DNA from: Catajapyx aquilonaris
Taxonomy: Eukaryota
Length of the DNA: 64,000 nt
NCBI GenBank assembly: GCA_000934665.2
Contig: KZ538444.1
Span: 1 to 64,000 of the forward strand
Reading direction: 5' to 3'
This document shows, piece after piece, positions 12,586 to 26,508 of this stretch (its first letter is position 1; every line of letters begins with the position of its first letter). Under the pieces are notes generated by a model, which was given only the letters and a program-made list of their open reading frames with translations, was not told where the DNA came from and ran no database searches. The translations under genes were made by a program, and so were the position numbers.

Positions 12586-14744
12586 ATAATAAATATAACA
12601 AATTTCTAACTAATGAGATGCGGGCACTGAGTCTAGTGCCCGGATCATTAAAGAGGATTTAATGCACAAGTGATGGTGAGACTTGCCCGGATTGTCGTCG
12701 GATCGTTAGTAACGACTCCCATTCGATAGGTGCGACTATCCCTGGGCTTTTATACTGGGGAAGACGTGCCTGCGAAACCCATTATCCTCCTCTCTAGTCT
12801 TGTAACCTCCCCCCCTCTTGCTTCCTCCTCAGTTTTAATTAGTCCCACGGCTGTTATTAAACACGGGCCAAAGACACACCCGCCTTCCAAACCGGGGGGC
12901 CATAATATTTCGGGGGTTGGTTCCCCCCCACCCTCCCTTCCCTTCTCTTTTCGATTTAAACCCGAATGCGACAGTTTAAGATCGGAGGCCCCCCCGTCGA
13001 GTTTCAGACTCACACTGTGGAGTAAAGGAGCAGAGGAAATTTTACAGCGCCACAAAAGCTTTTCGTAGGGGCCTGGCTTTATTAAAGGAGATTATGGAAT
13101 GTACGCCGCATTTTGGGAGTGAATGATCACATAGGGTGTTATTATCCTGCCTTTACCTTTACCTATATAGCAGGTTCCTTTGACTATGAGGAAAATTACT
13201 TAGAAACATACACTTGGAGCATATTTCATGATGAACTTGTGCGGTTTTTGACCTTTTCTTTGTTCACTTGGACTGTCCTGTCCGGTGCTTCCAGGGTGTC
13301 CCAGTGGACATCTCTGAGACACTCTCCCTCATTGTACACTGGTGGCCGTATAACCTTCCCCTCAAGTTCAGGTGCGAACTTTTTTTAGACTTTTTGTTCA
13401 CTTCGTTATTTTCTTTCCCAGCGAAGAAGTCAAGAGCATAGATGTCTGTCACATCCCTCCCCCTCAGTGTCCCACCCACTCCCTCAGGAAATCTTAGGAA
13501 GGTGCAAGGAAGTGGCGCAGTTTGTCTGTCTCTGGGTCAGATCCATGGTCTAACTTACCGGGAGGGTTTGGTACATGGAAAAAAAGGACTAGGGACACAC
13601 CCAAAAATATATATAAAAGAAAGGGCAGTCTCGAGGGGTAAGACTGGTGTTGGATTCGGAACAAGTTCACGTCACGTTTGCTGCCAGAGAAGGAAGCTTC
13701 TTTTTTTTCGCAATCCCAGATCGCTGCTTCCCAAAATTCCGCACATATCAAGCCTGCCAATTGAACCTCGGGCCAGCCAGGGCTCGCTTCTAACTGCATT
13801 TCGGCCATAAGTCTCGACGGAAAACCATTCCTTCCAACACCAATCGCTACTATACCTTTTTCTCTACACTGCGCCCCCAAAAAACTTTTCCCTTAACCAA
13901 TATTCGTTCCTGGGTTTGTTGTTGTTGGCGTCTTTCACTCCGCATCTTATTACCAGGGAAGGCGTGACAGAAAGGCATTTATCTCCCGGAGCACAATGGG
14001 CGGGAGGTATATAGGAACACACCAACAGGGAGGAGGTAAATTGAGTTGCGGATTCGCAAACGCGTTAAATACTTTTAATTTGGGTAGGAAGATTAGGTCC
14101 AAAGTATCTGACATTTAATTACTTTTATCTCCTAATAAGCTTATTCTCTCCGTCGGATGTTTGTCCGACCTGATAGTATCGTTAACTCTTGCACAACCTG
14201 AGGAGTGTGCAGAGAGAGAGTATGCGACATCTACGTGTGAAGAATAGTACTACGAGCGTACTTGGTAAATCGGCGATTTTCAACGTGTATTTAATGTTAA
14301 TTTCGGAGCAAAATCTCTCCATTTCTTCTGTTATCAAAACCGATTTTTTGGGAGGGTGCAAGTGTCGAGATGGGATGACGGAAGAGATCAGTGTGAGCGA
14401 TTCCTACCCATTGCCTTTGCAAGTAAAAGTGAAGGTAGGATTTGTGTGCATTTCTTCCTTCCTTAAACCTTTTGGCAGTGTGCCCTCCCAAAGAGATGGG
14501 GGTTAGAGGGAGAGGAGGGGGAGGGTTTGGCAAATCACTTTTTCTGCTCCCCCATCCTCCACCAGCCCTCCTCCTCCTTCTTCTTTTTTATACTCAGCTG
14601 ACTGAGCGAGGGTGTAAGCCCATTCTTCAGGAGAAACCTCCGTTTCCTTTTCCTCAGACGACGCCCACCAAATCCGCCCAACAAACTAACCACCGCTCTT
14701 CCGGAGAGTCTCCTGGACTCCAGTCAAACACGCTCAGTTTCTCC

Positions 14745-15048
14745 AACCATTTAACTGGCCGTTAAGATCTAACCATACGCTGCCATTTCCACGGTTTTAA
14801 CGAATCTAACAATTTAACAGTTCTAACGGTTTTAACGGCTTAAAACGGTTCTAAAGGTTTTAACAGTTTAATCGTTCTAACGGTCATAACGGTTTAACAG
14901 TTCTAACGGTTTTTAATGGTCCTAACGGTTTAACAGTTCCAACATATTTAACTGTTGTAACGGTTTAACAGTTCTAATGGTGTTTAACGGTTTTTACAGT
15001 TCTAACGGTTCTAACATATTTAATAGCTTTTAATTATTATAACGATTC
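14745..15048. repeat. Degenerate short-period AACGGTTT/AACAGTTCT repeat tract
   Basis: Visible 8-9 nt iterations; related segments at about 15780-15870 and 16050-16130. Confidence 0.8.
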
Positions 15049-15221
15049 GACCGAAGCAGTGGTAGCGGAGGGGATATGGTATCCGACTGCTAATCGGGAG
15101 GTCCTGGGTTCGAACCCCGACCCTGACCATGGTTTTCTGTGGTTTTCCATGGTCCCACCAGGACAATTCCGGGGTCGTGTCCGTAGTTATAGGCCACAGC
15201 CGCTTCCTACCGCCCCTATTC
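15049..15221 (+). mobile_element. tRNA-derived SINE, 3'-truncated copy
   Basis: A-box-like TAGCGGAGGGG, B-box GGTTCGAACCC, anticodon-like arm TCCGA-CTGCTAA-TCGGG, non-pairing acceptor stem; body shared with the copy at 51002. Confidence 0.8.
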
Positions 15222-17044
15222 TAGCTTTGAACGGTTTTAATGGTCAGTTAAAACCTACCATGAATTTGCATGGTAATATCTTAAGTGTGTAGGTAAATAT
15301 TCAAGAACTTTTAGCAGATTTGGGCAAAGTGTGTGCATGTTCCCAAAATTTGCAAACCCCCCCCCCCCCCGTTTTTTTGCGGGAACCTTTTCTCCTCTAG
15401 TCCTCTACCCCCCAATCCCGGAGTTCAAAATCAGCACTTTGTTCTCTGGCGAATGCGGATCCAGATGGGGGGTCCCAAACTGGGCATTAGCTTGGCGGCG
15501 ATGTCGGCGGAAAACGCTCGTTTATTCCCCAGGGGCCGTCCTCCGATGGATGCATAGCTAGAGTCTGGTTGTATATATAGAGGGTGCATGCATGCTTTTC
15601 CTCGGGTCGTTGACTCCCCTAAATGGACGACTAAGGACCCACCGGACAACTAACCAGCCTTGCAGTTACGCCAGGCACTTATATCAGGCACGCGAACTTT
15701 AAATTGGATTGCTAATGGCCGGAAGAGAAGCTCCAATTTTCAAGTGTTTCAATACCATTGTAAACGAGCTGGTTTACTCAACATCTAACTGTCCGTTAAG
15801 AGCTAACCGTGGCTGTCGTAGCAACGGTTTCAATGGTTCGTATTTTTTAACGGTTTCAATGGTTGTAATATAAGCGCCTCGAAAAGCAAAAATGAACATG
15901 TTGAACCTAATATATTGGCAGGTAATATCTGAGCGAGCCTCCAAATGTTGCGAAAATAATTAGAAATTTGCATCTAATTGTGGCAGCTAATTTTTGACAG
16001 ACTTTAAAAGTATAGCTGTTGCAAAAAAATAGGACAGCCACTGACTGTCATAACAACGGTTTTATCTGTTTTTACCATTTTAACGATTCCAATGGTTGTG
16101 AAGGTCAGTTAAAACCTACCATCCATTTGTAAGGTAATTACTTGGGTGACATGGCAAAGTTCATCTAACTTTGCCAGCATGCTTTTGCTCGAGAACAGAC
16201 TTTTTTTAAATTTTAAAAATAAATTAACCTAATCACGCTCTGAACTATGAATCTTCAAAAACTCGATAGTCACCGACCTTGGTACCATTTTCTTCTTCCC
16301 TTAAAAAAAATCCCTGCTCCAATTTTGGCCTGAAACCATTTTTGGAGTAACACACGGGAGGCCAGGATGTGCTCCACATGGCCAATTAGGACCCTTGACC
16401 CATATAAAATTTGAGGAAGTGGCGAGGAGTAAATGAGTCCAGCAATTTCACATCGAGGAAAGTATAAAGGTCGACAGGTATTTCTTCCAAGGATGCGGCT
16501 GTTCTTGGTATGAGACCACTACCTGGCACTTTTTTTTTTTTTTTTTAGAAAGGTCCTCCCCCCAAAAATGGAGGGGGCAGAGACAGGCTCGTAAAGTCCA
16601 GGGACAAGATGGCCTGCAGTTCTCAGGAAAAGGCCTCTACGTGTTCCGACTGGGAATCCCCCACCAGCAGTTTATTAGCCTGCTGGAGATAGTGAGTAAA
16701 AGCCCCGGAAGAAGGCCCTTTTCATGGGCTTGACGAATGTAACGGCCGGTAATTAGGGGTGGGGGGGCTGGGGGGAGCGAATTGGGTCAAACAGGTCACC
16801 CGGTAGTGGACATAAAATATGTCCGACATCGACTATCCTCCCACCATACTCATAATTTTTGGGAGGAAAGGGCTTAGTAAGGTTTTTCCTCCGGTGATTC
16901 TCACAGTGAAGTTTGCCAGTTAGTTTTTCTTCTTTTTTTTCTAAAAGGTTGCCAAGTTTTTTTTGAGTTATGGCGACAGTGGTTTACAGAGGGTTTGGGA
17001 ATATTTTGATACATCGGACATGGCCAGATGCAGACATTCAATGC

Positions 17045-17290
17045 AGTCACATTTTGGTCAGAAGTGAATCAATCTTTGTAGAATGTAGCTGCTGGCCCTG
17101 TAATTTTTCAAAATAACTTAAGTATGCCGAAATTTGCTAAGATCGATCTAATACTTTATTTCAAACTTTATTAAATAATAAGTATTAAATCAATCGTAGC
17201 ATATTTATGCATACTTATGTTATTTTGAAAAATTACTAGGCCAGCTGCATTTTACAAAGATTGGCGCATTTTTTTGACCAAAATGGGACT
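17045..17290. mobile_element. Degenerate fold-back element
   Basis: AGTCACATTTTGGTCA...TGACCAAAATGGGACT termini; arms pair imperfectly over about 110 bp; a partial third arm lies at about 17350-17405. Confidence 0.65.
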
Positions 17291-18624
17291 TGATGTAATG
17301 ATTTAATGATTTAATATTATAGGTAGGCTATTATTTAATACCTCATTTAAAATCAATCTTAGCAAATTTCTGCACATTTAAGTTATTTTGAATATTTTCT
17401 AGGCAATAAGCTAATACTAACAGCTAATATCCCTATCCTCGGCAACTGGCAATAGCAACTATTCAAAATTAAGTGTGAAATATTTCATATTCTACATATT
17501 TGCTACATAATTCACGAGATTAAATGTATTGCGCAACATTCAATATTTAGGCTACTCAATTTGCTACATGGCAATGCTAATATCTATAGTCTGCAAATAA
17601 ATAGGAGAGAGTTTGAATCACGTTTTTCGCGCATCTAGGCAGAAACCCTCGAAAAACCCAGTGGGTAAAATCCCCTGCACCGACTCTTTAATTAGCGTAA
17701 TGACGAGATCGATACCTGCACTGTGTAATCAACGCACCGTTCCACACATGTGCACACACACATGCACGCACAGACCACACGTACGGTCATTTCAAGTCGT
17801 CATAATTAGCGGGCAAATATTTGTCTGGAATTCTCTCCCATCCATTTGTTTTAATCAAAGTGCTTGAAAATGACCCCAGTTTTTTAAAATAATGTGTTTG
17901 TACTGTTAAAGCTTAGGGAATAAACCTGTACGTTTTAAAATACATTTGTTACTGGAACAAAATTGTTAAAGATTTCCTGGATTCGTAAAATGCAAAGAAA
18001 ATTTCGATCTCTATAAAAAATGTAACTGAATCATAAACCAATTACCTGAAATAATTATCGTATGATCCGAGACACTAAATATCCTCAAAAAAAACAGTCA
18101 TCTCGTGCAGTGTACAGTACGATAGCCTTGATAGTAAGAACGGAAGTAGGTGAAGGTCTCCAAGCAACCCGCCACTTTGCCACTCCCCCCCCCCCTCCTC
18201 CTCCTCCAACCAACATTATGCATAATTAGAGTCGAGAGCGAAAAACCTGGGCGATTGATTAACCAAAACCTTCAGTCCAGATCATGTCCCTTTTAATGCT
18301 TTAAAAAATATATATATCCCTCTAGAAAAGATGTCGGAACACACACACACAAAAAAGTTCGAAATAAGTCATCAGGGCGTGCGAGCAAGCTGGCCATAAT
18401 TCTTGGCCAAATTGCACTAAGGAAGGAAACATCGCCCCAAAAAATGGTGGGGTAGGGGGTAGGATGAAAGAAGGGGGGGGGGGGGAAACCGTCAGATTGG
18501 ATGACATTGGGGAGCGGTTATTATGGAAAAAAGCAAGTGGCCTTGGCTGTCAGTTTTAGGCGTCGTCTGCGAGACTTGATAAAAAAGTTTTTCACTCTTT
18601 CCGACCCATCTCCATCTTTTTTTT

Positions 18625-19117
18625 CCTACTCCCCTATGGGCATATCTAATATTTTTCACACAAAAAAATGGGGAGAAATAATTTTGGCGTATTAACATGA
18701 GATGAACTTAGTTTTGTTAAATATTCAACAAAATACAGTATATAAATAAAAATATTCGTGAAGCAATGCATAAGTTACACAGAGAGTCGTGCAAATGCTT
18801 TGCTGATTTTGAAAATATTAACACTTCCACTTTTGTTCAGTGGTTCAGACCAATATGTGCATATTTTCTCCTCGACCTATTGGAATATCTAATGTTTTTT
18901 TTTTTTTGAAGAAAAATGTGGAGAGAAATCATTTTTTGCTGATTAACATAGTATTCACTTATTTCTGTCAATATTCAATAACATGCAGTATACGGTGTAA
19001 AATAAATAATAAAAATATTCGTGAAACAATGCATAATACATACAGAGTCGTGCAATTTTTTTTCTCCTAATTATGAAATATTAACATGCTCCCACTTTTG
19101 TTCAGTGATTCAGACCA
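18625..19117. repeat. Diverged direct tandem duplication, about 230-250 bp x2
   Basis: Shared blocks ATATCTAAT, AATAAAAATATTCGTGAA, AGAGTCGTGCAA, CCACTTTTGTTCAGTG.TTCAGACCA occur in both halves. Confidence 0.8.
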
Positions 19118-21485
19118 CGTCACGGTTCAGACCTATATAATAATTATGGGGCGAATTTCTCCTTGACCTTGTACACCTGTTCATGCTACAGGAAAAGTAA
19201 ACCGAGTGCAATGCAAAAAAGCTGGCCCCGGAAATTTCGCAAAGTCAAGGCCAGACGCATCGACTTGCCTGCCACACCAGCTGACAAATTATTTCGCATA
19301 TATGTTTCCTTTACACACGCATAGTTTCATATGCACTAGTTTGCACTTGGGGAATAATAAAAGAAGCCGACAGCTTGATTTGCATACATGGGTTAAGATC
19401 GGTCCTCTTTAAAAAAAAAGGTCCTGGAAAAAAAAAACCCTTCCCCATCCTGATTTCCGGGGCTGTCGTGGAAACAGCGTGGTTCCAATCTATACAGTGT
19501 ACCTCTATGGCCTTGGCCCAGTTGCACACCCGGCAGCAAAAGCAGCGCCAGAACCCGGAAGAATAACATTCGTTCTCTCCAATTCTAATGGGCCGCGTTT
19601 GTTATTGTTGCACTCTACCTGATAAAACACAGATTATCTTGCTCTCCCCCTCTCCACCCCCTCACCTTTTTGTCTCTCTTTCTATAGCTTGTATTAACGC
19701 CATGTGAAAAGAACATTGCTCGACTCTTCATTGTATACAAGGAATGTTCAAGGGTTGATTTACGAGACGTTATATGCAGTGGTGTAAAATTTGGGAGGAA
19801 ATTGTTGGGACTGCAGTAATTACTTGTACTAACCATTGTCAGATTGACACTTGGGAATATCGTTTTGTAATATTTTGATTTTTACAGTCTTGTATTTCCA
19901 CCATGCACAACTTTAAAACCGCTTGTGATTCATTAATTTTAATCCGGCTTCGAAATCAATTTTTTGAACACAGTTATCTTGTAACGTAACCTTCAAAGCT
20001 ATGAAAACATGTGCATTTTTTAAAAAAGCAAAATCGCGCTGTTTTACCCTGTCCCCATTCCCCGTTAAGATAACGGTCCGTGCTTTTGTAACAAACATCT
20101 GATGGAACGTAATAGGCGGCATACACACACATATATCCCCCAGTTCTTTTTTTAAATATACATAATAGGCAATGCGTTGTATGGCGAGGAAAACTGCCAA
20201 GGTCGTTTCTTCATTCAATGAACAACGTTATTTTCACCGCTGAAAAACTAATGGTGCGCATAATATTACAGGGTTACGCTTTTTTCCGGTATCAGCTCGC
20301 TATATGGCGGAGGGGGACTAAAAACCAAACAAAAAAAAAGTGAGAGAGAGAAAAAAAAATCTAAATATGAGCCGTATTTTGATTAGTGCACTCGTTTTTG
20401 CCAACCAACCACTGCAATTATTACCCGGGCTGGTTGTAAACACAACAGATAGAGATTGGTTATCCGGCTAAATCAACACCGCTTTGGAGGGGGGGGGGGG
20501 GNAGGCTATAGTTTTGCAAACTAACATTTTGCAAACTGCGTGTCGGACCGGAACGATCATTTCGAACTCGATTAGTTTAAATGGAGAGAGTTGGGACCGA
20601 CTCTTTGGTGATCAGTCTGAAATAATGCAACTGGAAGGTAAATTTTGATTAAACTCTGTAATCCGCCGGGTTCAACAACCGACATTGCACTTGTTTTTTT
20701 ATAAATAAATTCGTTCATATTAGCAAAACGTCATGTTCGTTAAAATCATGTAATACAGATGGTTTTAGCTGAGATTTAAAATTAGCGTATGCCACATTTA
20801 TATGTTGCGGCATTAAATAAATAAATATATCTTATATATACCGGTATTTATAAGGCAAAGTTGGTTTGTTTGTCCCATTTTCCTCCCTCTACCGCCCTCT
20901 CCCCCACCGCCATATCCCCCTCACTAAATAAATAAATTTCTAGCATTGTCCATTTCCGTTAGTTATAACGAAAATAAATCCCTTTCCAAAACTTGGCAAC
21001 ACTGCCATGCCCGCTCTCCCACTTGGACGCAGTACAAAATGCCGCTACCAGGTGGTGCCCAGGCCTCCCCTCTGCAGGAGGAAAGTGGTACTAAGAGCAC
21101 GTTGGTGATGAGTACAGTCCTACCTATAGTCAATATTCTATACTGTATAAGATTTCAAACCTGTTCTTTCTGTTCGCGTGGGTTTTCTCGGGTTTACTTT
21201 TTATCTGCAATTTGTTGCTTCCCTTTAGGGTCAACAGTTCAAAATTTAATCATTCTTTTTTGGGAGACTGTGCAGCATCCTGTATTAATACCACCCCCTC
21301 TCCCACCTCCTCCACCCCTTGAAAAGCAGCAGTCAAGTAGTCTCTCCCGTTGGCTGCTGCTTCTCCTCCATCCGGGCCCGATGTAGGTATATTGATTCCA
21401 GTCTCTCCATCATCTTGCATCGATCTATGAGTAGGGGAAGCCTGGAGAGAGTATATATAGAGGATTCTCTCTCTCTCTCCCTTCC

Positions 21486-21487
<2 letters not shown>

Positions 21488-21547
<60 letters not shown>
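21488..21547. repeat. (CT)n microsatellite, about 30 units
   Basis: Directly visible. Confidence 0.97.
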
Positions 21548-21551
<4 letters not shown>

Positions 21552-21899
21552 CACCCCTCCACACCACCACCATCCTATCCTATACCCAAGCAAGAACCAA
21601 GGAACGAGCTTCCTGCTTCCCGCCCAATAATTACATTAGCCGCCAAATCCCTCCCGGATCGGCCCTTACCAAGCGTCCGCTCCATTTAAGGCCCGGATCA
21701 TAAGGCGGGCCTAGCTCCGGATAGAACCCGTCTTCGAGATGCCTTTACTCGCCTTTTCTCCCCTTACCTTTTGTGCAGAAAGAGCTTCCCACTTTCTGAA
21801 AACCACCATTACTCACACACAAGCGCACCCTATACTTACTCCTTTTCATGGAGAAAAAAAAATTCACACTGATCTTCCTAAATGTCCCCTCAAGTAGGG

Positions 21900-22570
21900 C
21901 AAATGTTGATTAAACCTGCATACATAATATTGTCAGCTAACAGCCTTCAAAAGTAGCTCTTTCAAAATATTAGCATATATGTCACCTAATATTAGCAACT
22001 AATATCCGAGAGAGCCTCCAAAAGTAGCAGTCTAAATGTTAACTGATTACATCTAATATTGGGAACTATTATTTAAGAGTTTCCAAGACTAGCTGTTTCA
22101 AAAATTAGCATGTTGCACCTAATATTGGCAGCAAATGTCTAAGAGGGCCTTCAGAAGTATAGATGTAAAATATTAGCATATGACACTTAATATTGGCAAC
22201 TATACTATCCGAGAGAGCCTCCAAAAGTAGCTCTCTAAATAACGTGAACATATTAACAGAGCCTCCCAAGAGTATCTGCTGTACCTAATATTGGCCGATA
22301 ATACCTAAGAAAGTCTCCAAAAGCAGCTGATTTAAATATAAGTAGATTGCACCTAATATTAAGTCGAATATTTTGTGATAGCCTCCAGTAGTAGCAGTTG
22401 CAAAAAAAATCCAGATTGAGCCTAATAGCTAATATTGGTAGTTAATTTTTTCATAGCCTCCAAAAGTAGCTGTTGCATAAATGATTAACAAATAATTACA
22501 CATAATAATTGGGGCTAATTTTTTCAGAAACTTTAAAAGTATCCGCTGCAAAAAAATTAGCAAAGTGCAA
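21900..22570. repeat. Degenerate minisatellite, about 66-bp unit
   Basis: Recurrent CTAATATTGGCA...GAGAGCCTCCAAAAGTAGC; related units at about 15870-16030. Confidence 0.8.
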
Positions 22571-23678
22571 AAAAAAGCAGTTCAGCCACGGTCAATTATG
22601 TTGACGTAAAATATATCACGATTAAACCATTTACAACTACTTTTAAGTGGTTTGCTATAGTGTGAACAATTTCCATTGAAATGTGTACTTATAGAGTGCA
22701 TTATCCTGCGTGTAGCAGAGTGCATTTGGCAAAACTTCCTTGTTACATTGTGCAGAATCTGGTTTCAGCAATGAACTTGAAAACTGCGCAATTTGCAAAA
22801 TCGACACAAGCTCTACTGCGATTTTCTTTTCCAAGCAAATGCGCAGTTCTCTAGCCCCCTCCAAACAAAAAAGGTCCCCCCCCCCGGGGCCTGTTTATGC
22901 GAACATTTCTGCAAAGTTTTTTTTTTATTTTTTTTAAAGAGCGCACAACACAAGCATTCTTCGCTTCAGTTTCCTCTCTGTTCGGGAACGCGGAAATATA
23001 ATTCCGCTTTACAAGCAACCAAGACCCAGCAATGAAAAGAATTCCTTTTATAGTACATACACATCCTTACAAGCTTCCGGCCTAAAAAAAATAGCATCTC
23101 AGAAGAAAGGAATTCGCACTCGCTAACAATTTTGCATAATTTACATGTGTTGAAAAACTTGACCTTCATTATATGTGACCCCCTTTTTTTCGCCGCGTTT
23201 CAGCTGAATTCTGTGTGCGGCACACTGTAATGAATCAGCAGGCATTTTATTCAAGTATTCAAATCGGCTAAAACGAAATCTCGTGTCGCATTATGTCTGC
23301 TCCCATGTCACTTGGAACCCCTCTTTGCCTGCCATCCTCTGGACAATAGTGCCGGATCACCATTGTCTCCGGGTTTTTGGGAGGGTGTGTGAAGCTGCTG
23401 GGGGGTGTCGAGGATTTATCAGCCTCTCTGATGGGGGGGATGAAAAGGTTTTGGGAGACATACAAACTCAACATACTCCCAAATGCAATAGACACACACA
23501 ACATCTCACTAATTGATTCCTGCGGCTCACTTTTCATTTTATTTCTAACCCTGTTCCGCTTTTATCAGCGGAGTAGTCTCTCCTTTTGATGGCAGGTACA
23601 ATGCATGGGCGGCACCTTGTTCGGATGAGACAAAAGGGTGGGGCCAAGGGCTAGGAGAAAACGACTCAGGCAGGTGTA

Positions 23679-23950
23679 CACTTGTAATTAAAATCCGGGA
23701 TTAAGCCAGTCGCACACTTAAATTTTTGTTAATTCCAAGCGTGTTCCCATACAGGCTTAGAGTTAACCGAAATTTAAGTAGCGTGTGAGAAAAGTGTGGA
23801 AGAATCGCTTTACCTGATATGAAATTAAATTTTTCGCGAATTTTTCACCAATTGTCGTAAAATATAAGCATGTTCTCATACAGACTTGGAATTTACAAAA
23901 ATTTAAGTACCGTATGTGACTGGCTTAATCCCTGATTTTAATTACAGGTG
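23679..23950. mobile_element. TA-flanked MITE
   Basis: TA|CAC(T/C)TGTAATTAAAATC.GGGATTAAGCCAGTC ... GACTGGCTTAATCCCTGATTTTAATTACAGGTG|TA. Confidence 0.8.
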
Positions 23951-26340
23951 TATTTGGAACAGGCTTATTTTTTTAAAAAGTGGTGCAAAATTCATGCAAA
24001 ACTTTCAGATCAGATAAAAAAATTGGCGTCTTATAGTTCGAATTTCAATTCAATCGATTTAATTCTATTTAATTAATTTCAATTAATATTTATTTTAATG
24101 CAAGCTTCAAGCCCCAGGACATTTGGCCTACTCTGCTGGTTCCATATTGTGGGCAGGAAATAATGCGCAAAAATAAGCCTATAATATTTGAGAGTCTATA
24201 CAGTCAGTTTTGGGGGGTAATTGCCTCCCACATTATTCCCCTCCCACACACACATGATTGGACGTCTTTCAACACACCTTAATCTCAAAAGAGGTCGCGT
24301 AACCTTCGATGAAAGGTGATAAAATCATCTCTTCTATCCTCTCTACCTGCCCCACAATTTTTCTTCTTTTTTTTCCTTCACCTTCCGCATACATCAACCT
24401 CAGTAAGAAGCAGCTTCAAAGAAGCTTTCATGTCAACAAAAGAGGAGGGGTGATCACACGCACAGTTCGATAACCCTATCAGGACTTCAATCTGCATAAA
24501 AATTGCTCCTTTAAATATTACCCTGTGGAAAAATATTCGCGATTTTTTTTTCGTGCAAACTTGATTGAATCCGGTAGCGTTTATACTGACTAGAAAAAAA
24601 TTGTGAGGCTTATGGTTTTTTTTCTTTTTGCCTTTCTTCTCACTTCCTTTTCACGGGAGTCAATGTTCCCTAATGGAAGCAAAGGAGGAAGGCTCGTAGC
24701 CGTCGGCGTTTACAGTCATAAGGATGGAGTTATGCTCGGATAGGAGGTCTCACCAGCCATTGGCACACGAGCAAAGAGGACAGCAATGGGACGGACCCTT
24801 GAATTTATGTCGCATCTCTCTCTCTCTCTCTCTCTTTTTTTTGTGTGTGTCCAAAAAAAAAAAAGCTATGCTGCTCCGATTTTTCGTGCATAAAATCATC
24901 GGACACCGCGTAAAATTAATCCACTACAGTCCTTCCTTTTACGAGCGTCTGTCGAGCCCTCGGTAGTGATCAAAAACACTATATCAAAAAATGATCGAGG
25001 TTTGAGATGCCTAGTAATTCTTTTTTAATGGAGTGCTCTAAGAGAGGCATACAGGGTGTACCAAACTGTGGAGACAAAGTGCTAAAATTTATGCTGATAA
25101 AAGTTTATTTTGCGCAAATTCTCTGATACAGTGTTCTCCATTGTTGTTCACCAGGGGCCAAAAAATAATTCACGCTCTTAGAGCTTTGGCAACGTCGCAA
25201 CCGGTTTGTTTCCCCCCAAGCGTAGCGTTGTAAATAAGAACAGCGGAGTACACCCACTATACAGAACTTGCCAATTATTGTTGATAATGCCAACCCTTAA
25301 CGCTGCGCAAACTGTGGTGCGCGCTCAGTTGAGTTCGTTAAAAAAATCACATATTATAGCAGTGATTGGTACAAAAAAATGTTTTGATTTTAATGACGCT
25401 ATTTTTGTAAAAAAAAATCAAGTCCATATTGAGGAGGATATAATGCGCAAAAATGCCCCGAATGTTTGAGAGTTTACAGTCAGTTTTCGGGGAGTAATTG
25501 CCCCATTATTAGGGCTTACTGGCAAGTCATCATCGCTTGGTGTCATTTTCTTCAAATTTGACTGAACTGAGGATGAGTTTTTAAACTACTTTTTTCCCTC
25601 TCACTGTCTTCTTGGCTCTCCCAAAATAATTAGTTAAAATGTTGGCACCGTTCAAAGCAATATTAGCTAGTGGAAGCTTAGTGGCAAAGTTCCTTGCACC
25701 TGACGCCCACTCTGAAAATCCTCCAATCACACTGATGTTGTTTTATGGCAGTCCTCAATGACCTTTTGATCCTCCGAGAGTCATGCGCCACCAACTGCGT
25801 CTTGTCTTGTGAAACTGCGCTTTAATCAGGGGGGTGGCAACGACCAATTGACGCCCCCGCAGCATCAAGTCAAAGATGATCCCAAGTTCAATGCCCCTAC
25901 TTCCTTCTTTTTTTTTTTTGCTTCTCCCTCATGATTAAAGCTCAAGGGACGTTAAGATCCGATTGGCGTCTAATGAGATTAACACGAATCGATCACTTTC
26001 TCCACCGCCGATCAGGGAATTACGTCCCATGAGCCTACTAATCCCTTTCCGAATTTTTGTTGGTATGATTTGTTTTTCTCTGAGGAAAAAAATATATATA
26101 CAATTTCTAGGGAGCAATCAGGGTCACGCAGAAAAAACACTTTTTCTATACCTTTCCTTTTTTTCCTCCCTCTCTTCTTATCTGGAAAAACTGACCATGA
26201 TTCGCGATTCTTCACTGGCTGCCACCAATTTGGCCAAATTTGATGAATGGCTACCTCCAGGACTCCCTCAGGGGGGTTCACCCGTTCCGATGCTTTTACA
26301 GTGCAACATTTTTTTTTTCTTTGTTGTTCAACCGGAATTC

Positions 26341-26508
26341 AAGGTCCCCTGCACAACATTTACAAGTACTTACCACACTCGAGAAATTACATCAGATAGA
26401 TGATCATTCCCTCTGTATGACTGGGATCATCTATCTGATGTAATTTCTCGAGAAGATCCGTGCTTTTCAGTGTGTGTATGTAATTATAAATGTTGTGCTG
26501 GGGACCTT
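26341..26508. repeat. Fold-back element with a perfect 28-bp inner stem
   Basis: CTCGAGAAATTACATCAGATAGATGATC (26378-26405) and its exact reverse complement (26425-26452); outer arms AAGGTCCCC.GCACAACATTTA. Confidence 0.85.

Noticed and set aside
21160..21200. Faint resemblance to a V-SINE core (GCGTGGGTTTTCTC)
   Set aside because: The match is too short, and there is no adjacent pol III A/B box.
21250..21630. ER- and SL-repeat ORFs
   Set aside because: Translations of the (CT)n microsatellite.
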